From IMG/VR virus record IMGVR_UViG_3300028588_000016, positions 32,001-96,000 of that record: a stretch of 64,000 nt of DNA; one strand, 5' to 3'. A program made the position numbers and the translations under genes. The notes beneath the pieces are model-generated. The model did no database searches. It saw only the letters and a list, made by a program, of their open reading frames with translations, and was not told the origin of the DNA. The stretch comes from a virus. The number at the start of each line of letters is the position of its first letter. The first letter of the stretch is position 1. Of the stretch, positions 9,749-18,615 are shown one piece after another.

Positions 9749-11401
9749 ATGATATCAGCAATGGTTCAAACAGATGGTTACAAACTAGACCATCGTAGGC
9801 AGATGCCTAAGGAAATTATATTCCAACTTAACAACGCTACTCCTCGTAATACAAGGAGAAAAGGAGTTAAGAACATAGTTTGGATAGGAACTCAATATTT
9901 AATTAAAAAGTATCTCATTAGAAACTTTAATGATACTTTCTTCAATGTTGCTAAACCAATTGCGGTTGCAAACTTTAGAAGAGTATTGGATTCTTATCTT
10001 CCTGGTAATACAATCGGTACTAAACACATCGAAGATTTACATGATTTAGGTTATTTACCTATTGAAGTAAGAGCTTTACCAGAGGGAGAATTAATACCTT
10101 ACGGTGTACCTCCTATTACTTATTTCAATACAAATGAGAAATTTGTATGGTTAGTGGGTTACTTAGAAACTTTAATCTCATGTGTCTTATGGCAACCATC
10201 TACGTCTGCAACTACAGCGTATGAGTTCCGTAAGATGTTAACTAAATGGGCTATTAAAACTACAGGTAACGCAAACGGAGTTAAGTACCAAGGTCATGAT
10301 TTCTCTATGAGAGGTATGCCAGGTCCAGAAGCAGCAATGACTAGTGGATTTGGTCATGCAACTTCTTTTATCGGTAGTGACACAGTACCTGTAATATCTT
10401 TTGCCGAAGATTTTTACAACGCTAATGCAGAAAGAGAAGTAATTATTCAATCTGTAGCTGCAACTGAACACTCTGTAATGTGTTTAAACATTGGTTTGTT
10501 TATCTTCAATAAGTACGAAGGTAATTGGGAACGTGTAGGTGATGCAGAGTTTGATACATTTAAACGTATTATTTTAGAGGTTTACCCTAAAGGAATCGTT
10601 TCTATTGTATCTGATACTTTCAGTTTATGGCGTGTATTAGAAGAGTTCTTACCTCAACTAAAAGAAGAGATTCTTGCTCGTGAGGGAACTATTGTAATTC
10701 GTCCTGACAGCGGTGATCCTGTCTTAATCTTAACAGGTTATGTTGAAAGTAAAGATCTTGATCATACTAATTGGTTTCAGCTTAAAGATGGGGAATTTTA
10801 TAAAGACGCTTTAGCAGCTGATTATCTAATTAAGAATAAGTTGATAAGCAGCACTACTTATACAGAAACTATAGGAGTCGTTGAATCATTATGGAACACA
10901 TTTGGAGGATCAATCAGTGAACAAGGTTACAAATTACTTAATCCTAAAATTGGTACTATCTATGGTGATGGTATTACTTATGAACGCGGTAACGCTATAT
11001 GTGATCGTCTGCATCGTAAAGGTTTTGCGTCTACTAATTGGGTTGCCGGTTTAGGTTCATTCACTTATCAGTACACAACACGTGATACTGATGGATGGGC
11101 TATTAAAGCGACTTACGGTGAAGCAAGACTAGAAGATGGTACTATCATGGAGATACCTGTATTCAAAGATCCTATTACTGGTGACGGTAGTAAGAAATCT
11201 GCTAAAGGTAGACCTTCCGTATTTAGAGCACCAGAAGGTCCTTATTACCTTAAAGACCAGTGTACATTAGAAGAATGGGAAGCATCTTTACATGAACCGG
11301 TATTCAGAAATGGAAAGATTCTAAAAGAGACTTCTCTATCTGTTATTAGATCTATAGTCGATCAAAACTTAGAAAAGGAATTAGCATGTCAGGAATCCTA
11401 A
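9749..11401 (+). CDS. Nicotinamide phosphoribosyltransferase-like (NadV/Nampt or NARP1 Namat)
   Basis: TDGYK, HDFSMRG, AATEHSVM, SIVSDT, IRPDSGDP, IYGDGIT, KSAKG. Confidence 0.92.
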   Translation: MISAMVQTDGYKLDHRRQMPKEIIFQLNNATPRNTRRKGVKNIVWIGTQYLIKKYLIRNFNDTFFNVAKPIAVANFRRVLDSYLPGNTIGTKHIEDLHDLGYLPIEVRALPEGELIPYGVPPITYFNTNEKFVWLVGYLETLISCVLWQPSTSATTAYEFRKMLTKWAIKTTGNANGVKYQGHDFSMRGMPGPEAAMTSGFGHATSFIGSDTVPVISFAEDFYNANAEREVIIQSVAATEHSVMCLNIGLFIFNKYEGNWERVGDAEFDTFKRIILEVYPKGIVSIVSDTFSLWRVLEEFLPQLKEEILAREGTIVIRPDSGDPVLILTGYVESKDLDHTNWFQLKDGEFYKDALAADYLIKNKLISSTTYTETIGVVESLWNTFGGSISEQGYKLLNPKIGTIYGDGITYERGNAICDRLHRKGFASTNWVAGLGSFTYQYTTRDTDGWAIKATYGEARLEDGTIMEIPVFKDPITGDGSKKSAKGRPSVFRAPEGPYYLKDQCTLEEWEASLHEPVFRNGKILKETSLSVIRSIVDQNLEKELACQES

Positions 11402-11490
11402 TAATAGCTTTTATTATTTTAGTAATAGGGTTAACAGGAAACGAACGTAAGTATCCTCGTTGGATTGATCATAACGATTATCCATATTAA
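11386..11490 (+). CDS. Small membrane peptide (34 aa), not in ORF track
   Basis: MSGILIIAFIILVIGLTGNERKYPRWIDHNDYPY*. Confidence 0.5.
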   Translation: MSGILIIAFIILVIGLTGNERKYPRWIDHNDYPY

Positions 11491-11492
11491 TT

Positions 11493-11591
11493 ATGAGTAT
11501 TTTATTAGTAGCGTTTGTAATCCTAATCCTTTGGGAGATTATTGAGAACAACAATGACAATACGCCACCGGGATTCGGAGCGTTAGCTTAA
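11493..11591 (+). CDS. Small membrane peptide (32 aa), not in ORF track
   Basis: MSILLVAFVILILWEIIENNNDNTPPGFGALA*. Confidence 0.5.
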   Translation: MSILLVAFVILILWEIIENNNDNTPPGFGALA

Positions 11592-11596
11592 TAAAC

Positions 11597-11690
11597 AGTC
11601 GAAAAAGGGTTAACAGTAGACTATAAATGCCACCCAGTAACCCCGAAACACCCAAAGCCGAAAGGTGAGTACGCTGTTAGGTGGCTTTTT
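11597..11690 (+). terminator. Structured intergenic element ending in a terminator-like stem
   Basis: GCCACC(11629-34)/GGTGGC(11680-85) then TTTTT; internal GCC-GAAA-GGT hairpin; alternative helices possible. Confidence 0.5.
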
Positions 11691-11696
11691 AAACAT

Positions 11697-12056
11697 ATGC
11701 AAAAGTATCTAGTAACTAAAACTGAATACTATTACGATGGACACGGAGAAGCGGGAGAAGGTATGACTAAAAAGTTTATATCTGAATCTCCTATCTTCGA
11801 TATTATACCTAACGGATCTGAATTTTTCGGTTCGTATTGTGATATAGAAGACCTTACCGCTAAGAATCTAATAGAATATAAGATAGATAAAGATACGTAT
11901 ATGGAAATGGATGGTTACATTGAAGATTCAACAGATGCGAGTCTGTATGCTCAAGATGGTTACCATACTACTTCTACAACGTATACTTTCGAAAAAGTTG
12001 AAGATAATGCAGTCGTCACTCTATTGAACATAATAGAAGCGTATGAAGCAATCTAA
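11697..12056 (+). CDS. Hypothetical acidic protein
   Basis: 119-aa ORF. Confidence 0.75.
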   Translation: MQKYLVTKTEYYYDGHGEAGEGMTKKFISESPIFDIIPNGSEFFGSYCDIEDLTAKNLIEYKIDKDTYMEMDGYIEDSTDASLYAQDGYHTTSTTYTFEKVEDNAVVTLLNIIEAYEAI

Positions 12057-12459
12057 GTTAAAGGAGAAAGTGAATGAAGTATATTTGCCGATGTACGGTC
12101 ATTCAATTTATACAGTTATCAGTACTGATCTTATTAAGTCTCGTAAGAAACGATATAAGATTCTAGGTCACGATAACGACTTAGACGGTTACACAGGCTT
12201 GTTTTCTAGCAACGGTGGTCACGATGGTTTTATATTCTTAGGACCTGACGCTGATGCAGAAGTCATAGCTCACGAAGCTTTCCATGCTGTTTGTTACATA
12301 ATGAACCATATTGGTACAATATTATGTGATGAATCTGAGGAATGTTTTGCATATCCGTTAGGTTACCTTGTTGGTAGCATAACTAAATTTATTAAATCAA
12401 ACAAGAAATACTTTAAAGATCATGCTAAATCTAAATCTAGCGTATCCAAGCAGAAGTGA
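12043..12459 (+). CDS. Putative zincin-like metallopeptidase
   Basis: IAHEAFHAV (HExxH) with downstream EECFAY. Confidence 0.6.
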   Translation: MKQSKLKEKVNEVYLPMYGHSIYTVISTDLIKSRKKRYKILGHDNDLDGYTGLFSSNGGHDGFIFLGPDADAEVIAHEAFHAVCYIMNHIGTILCDESEECFAYPLGYLVGSITKFIKSNKKYFKDHAKSKSSVSKQK

Positions 12460-13249
12460 TATAAAGTTCACTATTAAGACCTATACTGATAAGACACAAG
12501 ATCTTATGTTACAACCTGGTTTCGACGTAGATCAACCTGTAACTATTAAGAGCTATATGCATGGTATGGAAGACTTGGGTTTAATTGTTTGTGCCGCTAA
12601 GGCATTAAAACGATTGAAAGTGAAAAACGTATCGTTATTCGCTCCTTACATTATGGGAGGTAGAGCTGATAGACAATTTGTTGAAGGAGGTACTAGTTAC
12701 CTCGTAGACGTAGTTGCACCTATTATCAATAGTCTAAATTTCGATGAAGTGATTACTATTGATCCACACTCAACTGTTACCGAAGCTGTTATTAATAATA
12801 TAGTAGTACAAACATGTCACGAAATGATTGTGACGTGTATTCACGAAGGTCCTGATGATGTACAACATGTTATCATTTCACCAGATGCAGGAGCAATGAA
12901 GAAATGCTACGCTATTGGCGAGAAATTAGGGTTACCTGTATATTGTGGTACTAAGTATCGTAATGTAGTTACAAATGAAATCTCTAATAGTAATATCGTA
13001 ATTCCAGAATATAATGGAGCTAGAGACTTTATTATTGTTGATGATATTTGTGATGGAGGTAGAACTTTCTTAGATTTAGCCGCAGCTATCAGACCTCAAA
13101 TGAAAGCTGGTGATGAATTATCTTTAGTAGTAACTCACGGTCTTTTCTCTTACGGTACTGAGAAGTTAGTAAAAGAATTCAGTGGAGTGTATTGTACTAA
13201 TTCAGTAAACTCAGAGAAAGAGGACGTTAACGTAACAGACATATTTTAA
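12422..13249 (+). CDS. Ribose-phosphate pyrophosphokinase-like (Prs or NARP1 Adps)
   Basis: APYIMGGRADR, TIDPHS, ISPDAGA, IIVDDICDGGRTF, VTHGLFS. Confidence 0.9.
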   Translation: MLNLNLAYPSRSDIKFTIKTYTDKTQDLMLQPGFDVDQPVTIKSYMHGMEDLGLIVCAAKALKRLKVKNVSLFAPYIMGGRADRQFVEGGTSYLVDVVAPIINSLNFDEVITIDPHSTVTEAVINNIVVQTCHEMIVTCIHEGPDDVQHVIISPDAGAMKKCYAIGEKLGLPVYCGTKYRNVVTNEISNSNIVIPEYNGARDFIIVDDICDGGRTFLDLAAAIRPQMKAGDELSLVVTHGLFSYGTEKLVKEFSGVYCTNSVNSEKEDVNVTDIF

Positions 13250-13437
13250 TGATATTATTACACGTAGAAATACAAAACGAGGGACAAAGGAAACGTAGAG
13301 TTACTTTGAATCCCAATCACATATCCAGCTTTGTGGAACACGTAAGTGAGCCTAACAAAACGGTAATCGAAATGAGCAATCAGAGTAAATATACTGTTCT
13401 AGCTACATATGAATCAATTAAGAAAGCTTTAGCTTAA
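13249..13437 (+). CDS. Small FlbD-like beta-domain protein
   Basis: VTLNPNHISSF...TVIEMSNQSKYTV...YESI pattern. Confidence 0.5.
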   Translation: MILLHVEIQNEGQRKRRVTLNPNHISSFVEHVSEPNKTVIEMSNQSKYTVLATYESIKKALA

Positions 13438-13474
13438 TTGACATAGATCTGATTTTTATTACGATTAAATTTCG

Positions 13475-13482
13475 TATATTTG
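13475..13482 (+). promoter_or_regulatory. Bacteroidota -7 box before the ligase
   Basis: TATATTTG = TAnnTTTG in a short intergenic gap; no clear -33 TTTG. Confidence 0.5.
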
Positions 13483-13486
13483 TAGA

Positions 13487-14695
13487 ATGATCGGAACTTA
13501 TTATTTATACAGCAGAGACAACAAGAAAAAAGTAAGAGTACTTGTAATTGATGTTGAGCAAGAAGGTGACTCTTACCTTATTAAAAAGAGAACCGGATTA
13601 CTAACCGGAAAATTGACTGAACAGCCTGATGTTGTAATTGACAAAGGAAAAGCAAAAAGAACCATTGAACAACAAGTGGAACTTCAACTTAATTCAGAAA
13701 TTAAAAAGAAGTTAGACAAAGGTTATATTCGATTAGAGAGCCTCGTAGACAGCGAAGTAATTGATAAGATTGATCCTATGGATCATGAGGTGATTGATAC
13801 TATTCTTTCTGAACAAAAGAAAGACGCTAACGGTGAATCTCAACCAATGTCAGCTCAAGATGCTAATAAAAGGAAGAAGGATGGTACTTTAGTAAAACCT
13901 CAATCTTTTTTCGAAAGAGCGTGGTGGGCATCTAATAAAATTGATGGTGTTCGTGCAAAAGGTACATTGAAAGTTGATGAAGAAGGTAATGATTATGTTA
14001 GCTTCTTAAGTAGAACTGGTAAACCTTATGTTGCTGCCGTTCGTAACTTTGATCGCGATCCAGAATTAATACAATTCATGAAAGACAATGAGTGTGAAGT
14101 TGATGGAGAAATTTATTGTCACGGTCATCATTTAAATGAATTGAGTGGTGATGCTCGTAAACAGACTTATGTTCCTGAGCGTCACGACAAATTAGAATTC
14201 TGGATGTTTGATATAGCCAAGGATGATATGGACGCTACTGCTCGTGTGAAAATCATTAATGAATTAGAGTTTAAAAACCCTAAGATTAAAGTGGTTAGAC
14301 ACGTTCATGCTATCGGTTGGGATCAACTTATGGAGTTCCATAATATCGCTATTGGAAACGGATTTGAAGGATTGATGGCAAGAACTACTACAGGTATGTA
14401 TGAGTTCGGTAAACGCTCTAATGAGTTGTGGAAAATCAAAGTCTTCGAAGATGCTGAATTTAAGATATTGGACATCATAGAAAAGAAACGTCCAGAGGAT
14501 ATGTGTTTCTTAATGGAAATGGAAAATGGTGATACATTTGAGTGCGATATTATCGGTGGTAATGACGTTGTCAATGGCTATCGCGATGATTTCGATAACA
14601 TCAGAGGTAAAATGGGAACCGTTAAGTTCTTCGGCTATACTTCTTACGGCATTCCTAATATCGCTAAGTTTAAGTGTGTGAGAGAAGATGAGTAA
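13487..14695 (+). CDS. ATP-dependent DNA ligase with N-terminal WGR-like extension
   Basis: KIDGVR (motif I), EVDGEIY (III), FWMFDI (IIIa), FEGLMAR (IV), WKIK (V), OB-fold C-terminus. Confidence 0.92.
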   Translation: MIGTYYLYSRDNKKKVRVLVIDVEQEGDSYLIKKRTGLLTGKLTEQPDVVIDKGKAKRTIEQQVELQLNSEIKKKLDKGYIRLESLVDSEVIDKIDPMDHEVIDTILSEQKKDANGESQPMSAQDANKRKKDGTLVKPQSFFERAWWASNKIDGVRAKGTLKVDEEGNDYVSFLSRTGKPYVAAVRNFDRDPELIQFMKDNECEVDGEIYCHGHHLNELSGDARKQTYVPERHDKLEFWMFDIAKDDMDATARVKIINELEFKNPKIKVVRHVHAIGWDQLMEFHNIAIGNGFEGLMARTTTGMYEFGKRSNELWKIKVFEDAEFKILDIIEKKRPEDMCFLMEMENGDTFECDIIGGNDVVNGYRDDFDNIRGKMGTVKFFGYTSYGIPNIAKFKCVREDE

Positions 14696-14870
14696 TCCTT
14701 TTAATTTAAGCGATGAACAATTGTCCTCTTATCGTGAACAAGGCATTATCTTACTTGACGATAATGATGTAACAGGTGATTTCGTAGATATATCTACGTT
14801 GCCTGGTTACGGTTCTAAACCTGCAGCAGAAGTGTTACAAGACTACATTAATTCTAAGAAAAATGAGTAA
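14688..14870 (+). CDS. Hypothetical protein
   Basis: 60-aa coupled ORF. Confidence 0.65.
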   Translation: MSNPFNLSDEQLSSYREQGIILLDDNDVTGDFVDISTLPGYGSKPAAEVLQDYINSKKNE

Positions 14871-15153
14871 ATTAGAACGTAGGAGACTTAACCTTAACGA
14901 TGTAGAAAGTTTTACTCGTGAAGATATTGTTAATCTTTACGAAGGTGATTACTGTAAGAAAACTATGTTAAACGAGGTAGACGTAGATTACAGTCATGAA
15001 GACAGTGATGATCATGTATTTGAAGTAGGTAACAGCGGTATTTTTTATAGAGGTAGCGTATATTACAACGTGAAACACACTAACGATACTGTTTATGACG
15101 AAGAACTAGTTGAAGTCTTTCCTCGCGAAAAATGCATAATTGTATATGAGTAA
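14863..15153 (+). CDS. Hypothetical protein (possible distant member of family A)
   Basis: C-terminal LVEVFPREKCIIVYE. Confidence 0.65.
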   Translation: MSKLERRRLNLNDVESFTREDIVNLYEGDYCKKTMLNEVDVDYSHEDSDDHVFEVGNSGIFYRGSVYYNVKHTNDTVYDEELVEVFPREKCIIVYE

Positions 15154-15340
15154 CACTATCGAACAAGACCTTTATAAACAAGCTATGTACAGAACAATGC
15201 TTGAATACAGATGTGATTTACTTGAAATTAAAGTACGATACGCTATTGATCAAAGAGGAATTGCCGTTCCTTTTGATCATGTAGTAACAGGTAAGTATTG
15301 TACTACAAACAAATTACCATATGAGTCAATTAACAATTGA
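15146..15340 (+). CDS. Hypothetical protein
   Basis: ATG 15146; coupled ORF. Confidence 0.6.
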   Translation: MSNTIEQDLYKQAMYRTMLEYRCDLLEIKVRYAIDQRGIAVPFDHVVTGKYCTTNKLPYESINN

Positions 15341-15554
15341 ATCTAACGACAAATTATTAATCAATGCGCTAACCATGTGGTTTGAAGACGGAGACGCCTT
15401 AGAAGCTTTCTCAGAAAGTGGAGCAAATAAAGCTTACGTAGGTGCTTGTGAGATGAAAGATAGAGAACCTTTAGACGTTTGTGAAATCTACTGTGGTGCA
15501 AATTATGATGAAAGTTCATACTCTACTTTCAATACTATTGACTTAGATGCTTAA
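15321..15554 (+). CDS. Hypothetical protein
   Basis: 77-aa ORF. Confidence 0.65.
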   Translation: MSQLTIESNDKLLINALTMWFEDGDALEAFSESGANKAYVGACEMKDREPLDVCEIYCGANYDESSYSTFNTIDLDA

Positions 15555-15852
15555 CGAATACGAAGTATCTAAATACAAACAACAATTTAATAAGAACGCT
15601 TTAGAAGGCGTTCTTATGGTTGTTGATGGTATTGTAGAACAGGTGAATATTCCGTTTATAGGTTATTATAATTTACATCTATTATTAGAAGACCATTTCA
15701 AACACGACTATGAAGGTGACGAAGCATTTGGTGACACTAACGGTTGGGAATTAGATTATTGGTATAATTGTAAAATCAAAGGAAAGGCTTATCTTAGTTA
15801 TGGAAGCTTACTACGAGGTACTTTATCTTTTGGATTAAATAATGAACAATGA
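15547..15852 (+). CDS. Hypothetical protein
   Basis: 101-aa ORF. Confidence 0.7.
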   Translation: MLNEYEVSKYKQQFNKNALEGVLMVVDGIVEQVNIPFIGYYNLHLLLEDHFKHDYEGDEAFGDTNGWELDYWYNCKIKGKAYLSYGSLLRGTLSFGLNNEQ

Positions 15853-16094
15853 ATGAAATTAGAGTAATATACTTTTACGATACGGGTGGTAAAGAACACT
15901 TGCTTAATACTAACTGGTGGTATGACTACGATTGTGTTAAAATGCAAATTGTAGTAAACGCTGTGACTGTTTACGACAGTAAAGTAAAAGGTGACGAAAT
16001 AGGAGAAGCATATGCATTTATAGAAGGCTTCTTATTTGCAGCTAAGAAATTGTTAACTTTCCACAGTCATGCGGATTATCGTCAAGCAGTATAA
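15849..16094 (+). CDS. Hypothetical protein
   Basis: 81-aa ORF with ATGA overlap. Confidence 0.65.
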   Translation: MNEIRVIYFYDTGGKEHLLNTNWWYDYDCVKMQIVVNAVTVYDSKVKGDEIGEAYAFIEGFLFAAKKLLTFHSHADYRQAV

Positions 16095-16240
16095 TGACAG
16101 TATACGTTGTAATTAAAGATTTCGACTACGATGGACAAGAGATATATGGAATATACTCTAGTCGCAATAAAGCCGAACAAGAAAAACCAGAAGATGATTT
16201 AGCTACTTATTATATAGAATCACATATACTTGACGCCTAA
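16094..16240 (+). CDS. Small phage protein (48 aa), not in ORF track
   Basis: MTVYVVIKDFDYDGQEIYGIYSSRNKAEQE...YYIESHILDA*; TAATG coupling. Confidence 0.7.
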   Translation: MTVYVVIKDFDYDGQEIYGIYSSRNKAEQEKPEDDLATYYIESHILDA

Positions 16241-16502
16241 TAAATCACAAGAATTAGATCTAAGCGATTTAGGCTTAGACTTTAATGTATCAGATGAAGA
16301 AACAGCCCAGAAATACATGGAGTTTCTTCAAAGCAAATTAGAAACAGTTAACGCTGAAAATGATGAAATGCTTAAAGCTGAGGTAGCTAGAAGGGATGCT
16401 ATGATTGACTCTTTGCCGAGAGCACAACGTAGAGCATTCTTGAAAGACTCAGCTAAATTTAGTGACAGAATTAAAAGACAAACAAACCTACATTCAAAGT
16501 AG
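16230..16502 (+). CDS. Hypothetical protein
   Basis: TTG start; acidic N-terminus, PRAQRRAF. Confidence 0.65.
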   Translation: MTPNKSQELDLSDLGLDFNVSDEETAQKYMEFLQSKLETVNAENDEMLKAEVARRDAMIDSLPRAQRRAFLKDSAKFSDRIKRQTNLHSK

Positions 16503-16505
16503 AAG

Positions 16506-16820
16506 ATGAAGAAACAGCTGAAGAGAGTAAAACTTTTATCTGTAAACGCTGAAGGCGAATTACAAATTCACAAGAGGAGAGTAACTATCCCTCAAGTAAA
16601 GTCTCCTAGAGACAAGCACTTTTTAAACATTGATCCCGCTAAGAAAGAAATATTCTGGGATCTTGATAAAAAGATAGCTAAGAAAGTAGCTACTTTCAGA
16701 AAGCTAGTAAAGGAACACGCGACCTTATTGAAACGCGAGCATAACCGTATTATGACCAATGCTGAAAACAATGTTTACAGTTGGTTTAATAATGCAATAA
16801 CCACAACAACTATCGAATGA
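16506..16820 (+). CDS. Hypothetical basic protein
   Basis: 104-aa Lys/Arg-rich ORF. Confidence 0.65.
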   Translation: MKKQLKRVKLLSVNAEGELQIHKRRVTIPQVKSPRDKHFLNIDPAKKEIFWDLDKKIAKKVATFRKLVKEHATLLKREHNRIMTNAENNVYSWFNNAITTTTIE

Positions 16821-17239
16821 GTAATTTATCATTATACACCACAGGTGTGGCTCTGGGGAATCAAGTAAAAGAACATTTAACCATAGCTGCCGAAGCTCAC
16901 GATGCATTAGTTGCATTAGTCAATGGCAATGACTTAGATATCACTTTAAGGTTCGAGTTGTTCGAAGAGCAATTAATGCCTAATCCGGAAATGACCTATC
17001 TCTCTAGAGATGAGGTACCTACTTTTATTGCTCTATTGCTTGAAAGATTGGGTCCAAAAGAATACTGTTATTCTTATGAAGATCTGTTAACTTTAGAGGT
17101 TGAAGAGGTTTTGGAAGAGTACGGAGAGGAATCTCCAGACGAATTATTAATTGCGCAAGCATATAATTCGGATTCTGTAAATAGAATTAAAGAGTACATC
17201 ATTCAGAATAATCTAAACGAATTTGTAGTTTTAGATTAA
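16817..17239 (+). CDS. Hypothetical acidic protein
   Basis: 140-aa ORF. Confidence 0.7.
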   Translation: MSNLSLYTTGVALGNQVKEHLTIAAEAHDALVALVNGNDLDITLRFELFEEQLMPNPEMTYLSRDEVPTFIALLLERLGPKEYCYSYEDLLTLEVEEVLEEYGEESPDELLIAQAYNSDSVNRIKEYIIQNNLNEFVVLD

Positions 17240-17358
17240 TGTCTGATTGTCTAGTTATAGCCGTATTCGTACCATCATTTTTATTGATGATATGGGTACG
17301 GCTTTATATTAATATTAAACGTTACGATGCAATTAACACTCGATACACAGAGAATTGA
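17239..17358 (+). CDS. Small membrane peptide (39 aa), not in ORF track
   Basis: MSDCLVIAVFVPSFLLMIWVRLYINIKRYDAINTRYTEN*; TAATG coupling. Confidence 0.5.
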   Translation: MSDCLVIAVFVPSFLLMIWVRLYINIKRYDAINTRYTEN

Positions 17359-17794
17359 ACAGGATGTGTCTTTACCTAAATGTATCATTGTAGATATAGA
17401 CGGAACTGTTGCACATAAAGGAGATAGAAATCCTTTTGATTGGTTTAATGTTGGTCTTGATACTCCTGATGAAAACACACTTCGTTTAATTGCTGAGCTC
17501 TCTTATCCCTATAAGATATTCTTTGTTTCTGGTAGAGATGAGATATGTAGAAAACAAACCGAAAAATGGTTAGAGTTAAACTACATCATAGCTTTCGGTG
17601 GTACTTATGATAAATTATACATGAGGCCTCAAGACAACTACGATAAAGACGTATCTATTAAGAAAGCGATATATGAAGCTTATTTTAAAGATAAGTATTA
17701 CGTTGAGTATTGTTTCGATGATAGGGATTGCGTAGTAGCTTTCTGGAGAGAATTAGGATTTAAAGTAGCACAAGTAAATTATGGCGATTTTTAG
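17327..17794 (+). CDS. HAD-family phosphatase, T4 PNK 3'-phosphatase-like (stand-alone)
   Basis: IIVDIDGTVAH, FFVSGR, LYMRP...D...K, FDDR. Confidence 0.88.
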   Translation: MQLTLDTQRIEQDVSLPKCIIVDIDGTVAHKGDRNPFDWFNVGLDTPDENTLRLIAELSYPYKIFFVSGRDEICRKQTEKWLELNYIIAFGGTYDKLYMRPQDNYDKDVSIKKAIYEAYFKDKYYVEYCFDDRDCVVAFWRELGFKVAQVNYGDF

Positions 17795-17906
17795 ACAAAG
17801 CTTAAAAGAATTAGCTTTCGTAAGCTTTTTAGTTCTTATAGCAACAATTGCTGGAGTTACAGCAGCTTGCTTTCTTATTGACATATTCACTTCAATTTAT
17901 CATTAA
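17781..17906 (+). CDS. Small membrane peptide (41 aa), not in ORF track
   Basis: MAIFRQSLKELAFVSFLVLIATIAGVTAACFLIDIFTSIYH*. Confidence 0.55.
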   Translation: MAIFRQSLKELAFVSFLVLIATIAGVTAACFLIDIFTSIYH

Positions 17907-17907
17907 T

Positions 17908-18156
17908 ATGATAACAGCAGAAGAAGCAAGAAAGAAACTCTCTACAGAAGCTAACATAGCTTTAAGTAAAGAGAAAGACTACATCGAAAGAGAAGTGAAC
18001 AAAGCAATTGCTGCAGGTAAGAACTTAGTGCAAACTAAGAAATTAACTGAAATAGCAATTGTATGGTTGAAGTCCTTGGGATATTCAGCAAAAAATAAAA
18101 GTAGTTACGACTGTCGTGATCAATTCAGTGAGGATTGGTGCGATATAAACTGGTAA
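17908..18156 (+). CDS. Hypothetical protein (start revised to ATG 17908)
   Basis: MITAEEARKK...; ATG lies 1 nt after the stop of the upstream peptide. Confidence 0.7.
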   Translation: MITAEEARKKLSTEANIALSKEKDYIEREVNKAIAAGKNLVQTKKLTEIAIVWLKSLGYSAKNKSSYDCRDQFSEDWCDINW

Positions 18157-18159
18157 AAC

Positions 18160-18615
18160 ATGGCAATAAAATTAAATAGAGGAAATAGAGTACCTATCTA
18201 CAAAGCTTTACAAGATTTATGGATTCAACAATTAGACGTTCAAGTTGGTGATGAAATGGTAGTAGTCTTAGTTGCTGACACATTTGAATCTGATCTCAAT
18301 CTGTATGCAATTACAGATCGTGAAAATATAAGTATAAGTGAGTATGCTACAGTACTTTCAATAGCAGAGGATGGTGTTGAAATAACTTGGTCAGAAAGCG
18401 GTGAGAGTTATACTATGAAAGTAGCTTTCTGGTACTTAGAACCTACAGGTCATAAAGGTGATATTGTAGTAAAAGAAATCACTAGTGATTACGACGCTAT
18501 CGTTACAAACGGTGAAGAAATTATTGTGGGTTGTCAGACTATCAGTTTTGATATGTTTGACTCAATAGCTAAAGCAGTAGAAACTGTGAGGTTGCGTAAA
18601 TCAGAACAAAAGTAA
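18160..18615 (+). CDS. Hypothetical protein
   Basis: 151-aa ORF. Confidence 0.75.
   Translation: MAIKLNRGNRVPIYKALQDLWIQQLDVQVGDEMVVVLVADTFESDLNLYAITDRENISISEYATVLSIAEDGVEITWSESGESYTMKVAFWYLEPTGHKGDIVVKEITSDYDAIVTNGEEIIVGCQTISFDMFDSIAKAVETVRLRKSEQK

Noticed and set aside
11597-11690. Twister, HDV/theta, pistol or hammerhead ribozyme
   Set aside because: The - strand shows P1-UAA-P2 like twister but lacks the pseudoknot strand; no CUGAnGA core; no room for HDV P3/L3
17260-17302. Imperfect hairpin CGTACC...GGTACG upstream of the HAD gene
   Set aside because: Lies in a plausible micropeptide ORF, is AT-rich and bulged, and has no T-tract directly after the stem
17848-17907. ORF-track upstream starts at 17848, 20349, 2305 and 15140
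   Set aside because: They overlap another ORF, a promoter or a terminator; the downstream ATGs (17908, 20373, 2326, 15146) fit better
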